Part shown: positions 54,201 to 64,000 of the stretch, one piece after another | Layout of the letters: every line of letters begins with the position of its first letter | How positions within the stretch are numbered: position 1 is the stretch's first letter | NCBI GenBank assembly: GCA_051362555.1 | Contig: CM120642.1 | Coordinates: forward strand, 33,976,001-34,040,000 | Length of the DNA stretch: 64,000 bases | Source of the DNA: Lingula anatina | Lineage: Eukaryota > Animalia > Brachiopoda | Direction of reading: 5' to 3' | Notes under the pieces: model-generated | Databases searched by the model: none | Seen by the model: the letters and a program-made list of their open reading frames with translations, nothing else | What the model was told of the DNA's origin: nothing | Position numbers and translations under genes: made by a program

Positions 54201-55996
54201 TTTTTATGCATGCATGCTTTTCTAGTTTTGGTGCTAAACATCTTGATCTAAATAAATACTACTTCACGGCATAAATTATCCAAATAAACAAATAACCATG
54301 CCTGGTACACAATACTGAGACCTGGGCTCCTGTGAGGAAGGTGATAACAAAGAACCCTGAACTTGACATCCAGGCATGGAGCTCACTCTTGATACCATTT
54401 TTCAAAAAGGTGATATCACTCTGATCTTTCCTAATTACTTTTATCATGCCACAACATATGTCTTTAAAAAAATGAAGAGATTTTTTAAAACCTTGCTCAT
54501 TGGTTTAGGAAAATGTGGAATTCTGTCAACACTAGATATTCTGCAGCCCTTATCTCTCTAAAGTAATACTTGCTGGGTAAAGCATTACAAACTGTCTCAT
54601 CAAAACAAAACACAAGAATCCAATTTTTCTTTTAATTTTGCAGTTAGATCTTGCTGAAGTTACACATTTGGTTTGTTATCTTTCTTATCATCCCTTTGAG
54701 AAACTACAATTTTTGTGTAAGATCTTGTGTAAGTCCTGCTATACCACAAAAATAAAAAGAAACTGATCTTGGTCTTGAACCTAACATTTTTCCAGAAGAA
54801 CCAGGATGGATCAGGCTGGTTACCATGGAGACCACATCACACCAAGCTTGATTTCATATCAAGTCAAACAAGGGCAGACAATTATGTAAAACACAAAAGT
54901 ATGAACAGCTTATCACAGCTGAAAAAATTATATATATAGATTTGAAAGAAGCTCACTATTTTCTCCAAGAATATATTTCCATTGTTCCTGTTTTTCAAAT
55001 AACTATATATATATTTATTCAAGTATATAAGAATTTATTAAAAGCAGCAACATGTATAATTATATTAATTTGTTCACATCTCATACATGGGTTTTCTGTC
55101 TCTTGTCAGTAGAGGAATTCATGAGACAATGACCCCTGATGCACAGTTTTAATATTGACACTCATTTAGTGACAGGTACATTTATTTACATACAAAAAAT
55201 ACATTTAAAACATTTTAACTTTTAATATGACTTGTGTCAGGAAAGTGACCAGAAACCACTGGTCACGCTTAAGTGTCTGAATTTCTACATAACATAGTTT
55301 ATGACAGCTCAAACACTATAAATAGGTCTCAGCTATGACACGTTGTGACATGTCATACAAGAGACACACTTAATGCACGACGAGGCTCAGCGGTTTCCCT
55401 ATAATATACTCATCTGTCAGTGTCTTACTTTTTCCACATGTTTGCTTGTGGTTTTTCTGCCAAAACAATTAGTGGTTAATAGAACTGGTTGGTTCCCCTA
55501 GCCCCCTGTGAATCATGTGTTTTTTACCTGTTCTGGTTCTGGGGACAGCGTGAATTGAATACTGATGGGACACGGGGACTGGTTCACTCACCTACAGCCT
55601 GTTCAGACAAGAACTTTTTCAGACCAAAAATCAGACTAACTCACACCATATGATGACTATAATGAATACCAGGTGTTCATGTATTTTAGATAATCTCAAT
55701 GGGGACCCTCTGATTTTTTGTTGCAGATGACACAAATAAGACCCAATTTTCGTTCTAAAGAAGTTCATGTCTTAGCACACCTTAGAAGAATGCAGGCTTG
55801 TGACTATTATCATTCATCTTGCTCTTGCAGTCAACTTCACCTAGCTATCTCTCTCCATGCATGAAAAACAAAGTGTAGGAGGCTTTCTGATGACACCAGA
55901 GACCAAAAAGGTAAAAAAAGGATCATTCACAGGACAAAAATTTTACAATGTGTCTAAACCGGCCTTATCCTGCCCCTGTTTACACCCGAGTCAAAA

Positions 55997-56171
55997 GGCC
56001 CCATTCAGAATATGGGACTAACTAGTCCAAAGGTCAAATATGGCCAACACACTTGAATACTTCTCTGCAGGATATTTATTCAGTGTCTATCAGTGGATTA
56101 GATGACTAGCTTTGTAGTAGGTCACCATATTTGATCCTTGGACTAGTAAGTCCCCTATTCTGAATGGGGCC
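55997..56171. mobile_element. 175-bp MITE, copy 2 (inverted relative to copy 1)
   Basis: Same TIRs and length as 33965-34139. The interior aligns by eye as the reverse complement. Confidence 0.85.
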
Positions 56172-59100
56172 TATATGTTTCACTGGCATTCATCCTGAAC
56201 ATAGAGACTATGAGGAGTAGAACTGCCTAAAATCACTCACAAGTTGATTGCTCCTCTCCATACATCGATACAATGAAGGCCCTAATTAATTTTACGGTGG
56301 GTGGGAAATTAATATAAATGATACATTATGTACTTCTACACTCTGAGAGACTGCCAACTTAATAACCCTGCTGCATGAGAGCCACTTCAACAGAACCATC
56401 CTACTGACACAGCCAATTAATTCACACAACAGCAGGAATTTAACTAGTGGAAAAAATTGTGTTGAGGGGAGTAAAAATCTCTGCTTTGTAATAAGGCCCT
56501 GTCCAGGTGTATTGAAAGAGACTTTATCACTGAAGTACGTATACCAACAGAGGTAAAAAGGGTTGTGGATATGTTTTATACATGTACCCTCTCCTCTGCT
56601 ACGAGGATACAGGAAACCACCTCAGATCAAACCAGTTCAGAGCTGTTTGAGCCATGGACTGTGTGAGTCTCCCCATAGTGATATACCTAGCTATTTATAT
56701 ATACGTGTCTTGCATAGGGAGTCTATTTATTGTGCATACTATCAGAGAGGCCATGCAACTGCACTAAGAGACACTTGGTTAAAAAAAAAAGCACTGACTG
56801 GTATGAGTGCTAGTACACCAAAAACTCCAGTGTGAAGACAGTCATTGCATGCAGAGCTGCCTGCTCCAACTGTCAACTAGATGTGATGTGAAGTTCTCAT
56901 TTATTGATTGGAAAATAAGAAAAATACTTAACATCTTAACTTTTATATATCAAGATATTCATGTGAGGGAGTAAAATAAAGCAATTCTCTAGGACTTCCA
57001 TATAGTTCCCTTTTATTTGAATGGTTTAAACTAGTGTTCAGCTTCACACTTCAGTTGTTTTCCTCAAAGTCCTCAAAATATGTTTGGCCCCAGGTCAGCT
57101 TTCATACTAAGTATACACGTATCCACTGTCGCCTGACAAGAAGTCTATGTCATAAATTTATGAAACCACTTTAAATGGGACCACAAAACCCTAACTACTA
57201 GCAGGAGCCTGGCATGGACAAATACTGGAGACTTGTTTTTATGTTAGACTTTGTAAGAGGCAGACATCTCTGGCTATACTCGTATCCCTCCCCCAAATGC
57301 CCCCTGGGTTTATGCTGGTAAACTTTTTATCTTGGCTTGAAAAAATATTTAAAAAATCACTGTTTTCATGCTATTTTCTTGAGTGGGATTTTTGGAAATC
57401 GTGAAATTGTTTTTGGTCCATGCCTAAAAAACACCTTTTGGGGAGTACATTCTCTTATTTTCCCCTTTGTTGACAGCTTGAATAAAACATTTTTTCCACC
57501 ATTTTGTGCACTTGTTCCCCATCCTCTTCATCAAAATAAACTGCCATTGCTCCCATCAAATCATACTTAAACTGCCGATAGTGTATTAGCCACCCCATTG
57601 AACTAATTATCTTTGCATTTAGACTCTGAACAACAAGCAGAAAGTAAATTTAGACTCAACACAAGAGTTAATTTATACTTCACCGCAAAAATATTGGTCG
57701 ACTGTTTTCTTGGAAAAAGAGACAAACAATTAATGATGCATAAACTAACAGAGACATGAAATTACTTAATTATCTCTTCGCTCTGCTTTAAAGAAAATAT
57801 TATACTAACAGAAAGAATTAAAGCTATAGTAATGAACATTTTCCTTAGAAACTCAAACTAGATTTTTTCTTAGAAATGTAAGAGGCACACTGATATATTT
57901 ATAATCAAAGGTTCCATGCAATTCAAACATTTCACAGGACGTAATAATACATTCCACAAACACAAATAATTAAAAATATTAGCAGAATGTTTGCCCCCAA
58001 AATACCTGTTCAGTTTACAGTTAAAAGGGCAAAAATCACAACTGTTTTTTACTGAAGTAAATAGTTCATGCTTCATTTAGAAGGCAGACGACATAAGGAG
58101 TTCATATTTGGATGACTTCTTTAGACTTATGGTAAGAAGGAATAGAAGTTTCTTGGTTTTTTTTCAATGCGAAACTTTCAATTTTGGCAAAGTAAATTAA
58201 AGTAAAAGAAAAAAGTAAACATCCATTTATTTTGTACTAAATGAAATTATTTCTGACAGTTGCAAAAATACTCTGATATACTTCCAATATTTCTATATTG
58301 AATAAAAAAGACTGGCCTATGCTGCCACCTATATCCCAATTCCAAAATCAAGAAATGTAAAAAAAAAAATTAATAAATTGCACGTCCTGTCAGGATGATG
58401 TAATACAGAATTCACAGAAAAGAATGAGAAGCGGTCATCTTCTAAACCATTAAATGGGTCACCACAGTTGAGGGGTTTCTGCTTGGTCATCCAAGGAATA
58501 TTGTTGACAAACTTTCAGATAAGGATCAAAGTGAATGACCACAACCTTAAATTATCCCATCAGTTCCATCTGAATATATTAACCCTGTTATTACTCCACA
58601 GTGAAAGATTATTCATGCCACCATTTTAATGGCTTGTTATGATGCTAAAAATTCATTTAGAGGTCTTTGATCAAAGTGAGTCAAAAAGAAAAAAAATTGT
58701 CCCTGTGATGAGTTACATACACTCCAGCTCCGAGAGGGTACACCCAAGTCCTCTTATTACTGGGTGGAGCATTGCACAATAACAGGGCCAACTCTAGCTT
58801 ATTCATCATAAATATAACTATTTATTATTCTGACTCAGTTTAAAGTATTGTTTTTGTTTTCAGACTTACATAATAAATTTAATATCTTAAAGCTCATCTC
58901 TCAGACCCATTAAATAAAAAAAAACAACTTAAAAGAACTCTGTTTCCCTCTCTCCCGTGTGTGTGTGTGTGTGTGTGTGTGTGAGCACGCACGCGTGTGT
59001 ATGCCATTCAACTTTTTCAACTTCAACCCTTTTTTTCACAGATAAAAATTATTCCTCAGAAATTAAAGTCTCACACTATTTTCCTTTGAAGCAATTTTAC

Positions 59101-61220
59101 AAACAAACAGCATGAATATCATTCCATGTCTCAATAGCCCATGCACCAAGTGTACCGCAGTACCTCACGGGGCTGTTTTTTACCACTGCAAATGCCAGCG
59201 AGATTTCAGATTAGATAGTATGACCTTGGTAATCATACGGGGAAGGAACAGTATTACCTATCACTCTACTAGCCTACCCAGAGTTACTCACCCTATGATA
59301 TAGTACAATATACACCATAGTTGTTTGTCAGAAGGGAATGTAATCAGCTTCAGATTACATCAGAGATAAAATCATAATTTATGAAATAAGACATTTGTCC
59401 TGAAAAAGAAAGCTATCATCAATTTTCCCATGGCATCTATTGGACACTCAAATTATGGTAACTGTATCTCTCCACACCCCCCCCCCCCCCCGACCCCCCT
59501 TCAACAAAGGCCAAACTAAGCCTACCCAGAAAACTGGTGACAACCTGTTTTATTTTACAGACATTAAATAGTGTAGTATGTCATTCAAAGTGGATAACCC
59601 TCCATCCTCTCAACTCCCCCCCCCCCACAACTCCCCCAACATGATCTAAATAACTAGTGTTAGAAAGTGCATGTCCTATTCAAGGGTCTTCCTCCCACTC
59701 GCTGTCACACAGTGGTATTGTCAAGGACACTTAACAAGCTCCAGGATAACATTAATTTTAGCTTCCTTCCTCTTTCCAAAAAAACAAGTCAATTTCTTGA
59801 GGCCCTTTTAGAAATAGACCGTATCTTTATTGTGCCACGTCAAGTTGAATGTCCTATGTTATTATGAAGTATGTGACAACAATGAAGATCCTCACACCTA
59901 CTGTCACTAGCTTCTACATATAAACCCAATGACCTGGTCATGTTCAGCAATATAAAATATTTTGACAGTAACAATGTCATATGCTTGAGAAGGAAACACT
60001 TCAAAAATTAAACTTAAAACAACTGTAAAGATTTCGTAACATAGATAAATTATTAGTACCAGTTTCTGTACACAATCAAATCCACATGTCAAAAAAAAAA
60101 AAAAAAAACTTAAATTCTTTAATTAATCTTTTGGGCAGCAGAAAAAGGTTTTAAACTGCACCTTCTTCAAATTTCTGATGATAAATTTTTTCCTCCAGTA
60201 CATGAGGCACAGGAAGCAAACAGTAAATATCCGTGCAAATATCATCTTTCAGGAAATACCATAATGTATCAAAGCTCATCCATATTTCCTTCAGTAATAC
60301 TATTCAAAACACTATGGTGGAAATGATTTGACATATATAAGTACTTGCTTAATATGTATCTTTAAAGAAGAAAACCTATCTTGCTTCTGTGACTGAATTC
60401 ATTATCTTTGAGACCATTAAGAAAAAATGCTGAAAACATTAGAAATTGATGTATATTTCAAATAAGTACCAAAAGCCATAATATTTGACTTATATGGAAA
60501 TATAATTTATTTCATGAAGGCAACATTTAACATTTCCTCCTCCGGCTGTACTTGCTTGAGTAATATACAGCAGAATATGAATCAATCTTGTGTGACACAA
60601 GTCTTACACAATGTGAAGTTTTGAAACATTATGTGCCAAACACACCAGTACACCTGTGAGGTTTCTAACCATCAACACCCACCTGTTTACTGTAAAATGT
60701 TGGGTTATTGATAGATTCCATGAACGCTACATTTGACGCTCCTTTAAAACTATGATAAGATTAATCTATAGAAAACCATCCTCTTCTTATGCAGTTTTAC
60801 TTCCTCAAATTTCAAGTAAAGTGATAGCTACTTCAGTCTTAAAATTTATTAAAGTTCCACATCTCAGTTTTTCTGAATAAATAAAATGTCAGATAAAAAT
60901 ATCATTTATAATTAATTTTCTGTAGCTTTAAGTCCTAGATGTTGTTAAATTTCAAAAGCAACAATCACTTCACAGAACTCACAGCTAACATGTTTACAGC
61001 AAATAACCTATTTCAAATATGCTAACACGTTTGGTTAAAAACAATCATTAAAGTTATATCTGACACCATTCCATCTCAAATCCTTTTTGCAAATGTTTGC
61101 AATGTCAAATAAAACATATCTGTGTCCTGCTCATGGCCATGAGACCAACCAAGCTGTCTATATAAGAATTAATTATGCTAACTAGCCAAATTGATTAAGT
61201 TTCTCATAATCAATTATTCA

Positions 61221-61226
61221 TTTATT
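61221..61226 (-). terminator. Putative polyadenylation signal of the UCHL gene
   Basis: AATAAA on the minus strand about 260 nt downstream of the stop. Confidence 0.45.
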
Positions 61227-61484
61227 ATCATTAATTTATATTTGTGTTATATCAAACACAAAAAGTTTTGAAAATTGTATTGGTAGAAATTGGAAAAAAT
61301 AGAATGTATTCAAAAGTATATATCACATTCTCACGGAGCTGATATTGTTTAAGAAGGACAGCAAACATGAGCAGCACACTGATCAGAACCATTTCCATGG
61401 ATCTTAGTCTTGGACACAATCTCACCAGGTTCCTGGCACAGCAAGCACAATCACTGGTACAGCAGATGTCACAACTAACACAAT

Positions 61485-61571
61485 CTAATCTGTATTAGCC
61501 AAGGCAACCACAGTGAAGTGGATATAATCTGGATCCCGCTCCATGAATTTCTTTACCACTGCCGCAGCATC
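61485..61571 (-). CDS. UCHL3: Ubiquitin C-terminal hydrolase (UCHL1/UCHL3 family), last coding exon
   Basis: Strong acceptor TTTATTTTTTATTTGCTCAG|. Reads [28 protein letters not shown] then TAG, matching the human UCHL3 C-terminus [27 protein letters not shown]. Upstream exons were not found in the window. Confidence 0.9.
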   Translation of the reverse strand, partial: [28 protein letters not shown]

Positions 61572-62031
61572 CTGAGCAAATAAAAAATAAAGCAGCTTAT
61601 TACCTATGAGATCAAAAGAATGTTTCTCAACTGCACGTTTGTCTAATGATGATTCACCTCATATTCATGCCACATCTTTTTTTTCTATAATAAAAAACAG
61701 CTATGAAAATCCATGATTTTCAGACCAATTAATATCTCACATGTGTCTTGTTTCTTTAAGATTTCTCTTTCCAAACATTAAAGGCAAATCAAGATGAAAA
61801 GAATATACGTATTAAGTACTTTCTTTAAATTTCACATGCAAACTCCAAGTAACTATCTATAGATTAGAACATGTTCACTGCTATAGCTAACAGCAAACCA
61901 ATATTTCTAGACTGCTGTACCTTAAGTTACCTGTAGTGTTACCAGGCTGCTTGAGAGCATTATTGTGGCTGTCTGCATAAAAATAAGAAAATAAGACCAA
62001 GAAACTTCTTGACGGAAAATTTACTTAAAAA

Positions 62032-62034
<3 letters not shown>

Positions 62035-62100
<66 letters not shown>
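62035..62100. repeat. (AT)n microsatellite
   Basis: Directly visible. Confidence 0.95.
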
Positions 62101-62104
<4 letters not shown>

Positions 62105-62578
62105 GTTTATTCCCAATTTTCAATACCTTTTATCAATACCATTCAATTGTTGATGCAAAAAATCTGATAAAATCCTTTAATACTCAATATCATAACTAAA
62201 TTTAATTTTCCAATTTCCCATAGGCCACAACAAATAAATCAGATACTTACCAGATAGATATCTGATTTTATTTTAACAAGTAACAATCATAATCCAATAA
62301 TACCAAAAGACAATTTACATTCCACAGAGGTTATTAAAAGAAATTGATGGACGCGGTCTTTGTGGTCACTTACACCATGCTGTGGTCAGGCAGGTTAGTA
62401 TGGACAACCACAAATATGACCAGATTAGATCAAGGACATTTATATCTTAACCACAACATAACTGGTGCCCTGCTGTCTTCACATCCAGTCATGAAAAGAG
62501 GAAGAGGTGACTTCAGGAATATATTTCTCTCTGAATATTTCAGTTTATAAAAGAAAACTAAGTATGGAAATATCAAAG

Positions 62579-62627
<49 letters not shown>

Positions 62628-64000
62628 TGTGGAGGGGGGACCCCTACATGCTGAAACACATGAAACAAAATTCTTTATTACAATGTATCTACAAATTAAA
62701 GTTACCAAATGACCAACAATGTAGCACCAATGACAAAATCTGTAAACTACCTGTGAATAAGATTAGAAAAATATCACTTTCTACCAGCAAAAGTCTTTCC
62801 TCTTTCTAACAGGTTCAAACTTCAAAACTTTTTTCTAAAATTGCAGTCACTTTAAACAGGCAACCTATTGACTCACAGATACACAATTAATAACCTTTGT
62901 ATATCTTTTCATTTTTTAAACTGACATGCTAAATAAGGTGTAGAGGAATGGTTGAAATAAGCAAAGAAATCACTTAGACCAGGTAATTGAGGTCAAGGTT
63001 ACTGCACTCTTAGAAATATTACCAGAGAGAAAGATATGAATTCAGGTTTGTCAACTTTTAGTAATAAGCATATTATCCCCATCACCAGACTCCCTCACAC
63101 ACAAGATAAAATCAACAGGAGACCCACCACAGCAGGATCTGGTTACTATCACTGAGCTGTTCAGATACAGTTCCCTGACCACAAACTTAGTTTTGTTTCC
63201 AGACAGTAAATACTGAGACAAAACAATCAGTGTACTGAAAGTCAGCATCAACCATGAACTGTGGCTTTCATGTGAGGAAGTAATCTGCTCTTATAGGACA
63301 TGACAGAATTGTGGTGACACATATGAGGCTCATTAATTATTCTCTAATTGAGAAATGATAAAAGCATGGTACTCAGTGATTCTATTTCAACGTATGTAAA
63401 TATTTTAATCACATTTAATACCACACCATGTTGTTGATTGCTAGTGGTTGTGGGATGACATGACTTACACCGTGACATGGCAATTTTTATTTCATCTTTT
63501 TTCTCAGTTCAAATTCTGATGCAATTATATACTGCTTACCTGTTTAAATGCAAAAAGAATATGACAGTAGTGATTATATTCCCGGTAAATATATTATTCA
63601 TAATTTTTAGCGTATATTCTTTTTTGCATCACAACCCCTTAGATCACATCTTATTCATGTTGAACACATTCAGTCTCACCCAGCACAACTTCAGCAAACA
63701 CAATCAGTATCTCACCTAACACAATCAATTTTAGCAAACTCAATCAGTGTCTTACCTAACAGTTTCCACAGTGACCCCACAGTTCACCACCGTTTGATGT
63801 CATACAAAGTTTGAATTTCAAGTTGAATCCAGATGAACATCATGGTTAGGATGGAGCCTATTGATTTTCATAAGGCTCATGTTAATTGGCAATTAAAAAA
63901 TCTGCATTTTTTTTATGTAATCTCATCAAAGTCTTGTTTCCAAAAGATTGGTTCCCAGATTATCTGATAGAAATAACACAAAAAGGGTAACATAATTACC

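Noticed and set aside
20817-62809. Many short ORFs containing CVCV, THTH, YIYI, poly-P or poly-G
   Set aside because: Translations of microsatellites and homopolymers.
61574-64000. Penultimate UCHL exon (expected DGRK..P.NHG-like)
   Set aside because: Not found by eye on the minus strand. It presumably lies beyond the window.
1-64000. tRNA, rRNA or autonomous transposase/RT genes
   Set aside because: No recognisable motifs or long ORFs. tRNAscan-SE, Infernal and RepeatMasker would be needed to exclude small or degenerate ones.

Overview
AT-rich, intron-containing animal genomic DNA, probably a mollusc or another lophotrochozoan (inferred from composition, repeats and gene content, not shown directly). 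From left to right: (1) two convergent two-exon genes for small secreted Gly/Tyr-rich proteins (1591-2094 +, 4934-5647 -), each with a TATA box and the same exon layout; (2) a four-exon KLF5-type Kruppel-like factor gene (8810-18970 +, 504 aa) with a CArG/CRE/ETS-rich promoter and a ~1.6-kb 3' UTR; (3) about 40 kb with no recognisable protein gene, CpG-depleted, holding MITEs, microsatellites, 56-bp and 32-bp minisatellites and several unverified minus-strand exon-like segments; (4) the last coding exon of a UCHL1/UCHL3-type deubiquitinase (61485-61571 -), whose upstream exons I could not find in the window. KLF5 and UCHL3 are also linked in human (13q22). Most ORFs in the supplied track are shadow or low-complexity ORFs. 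No rRNA, tRNA or CRISPR array is supported.
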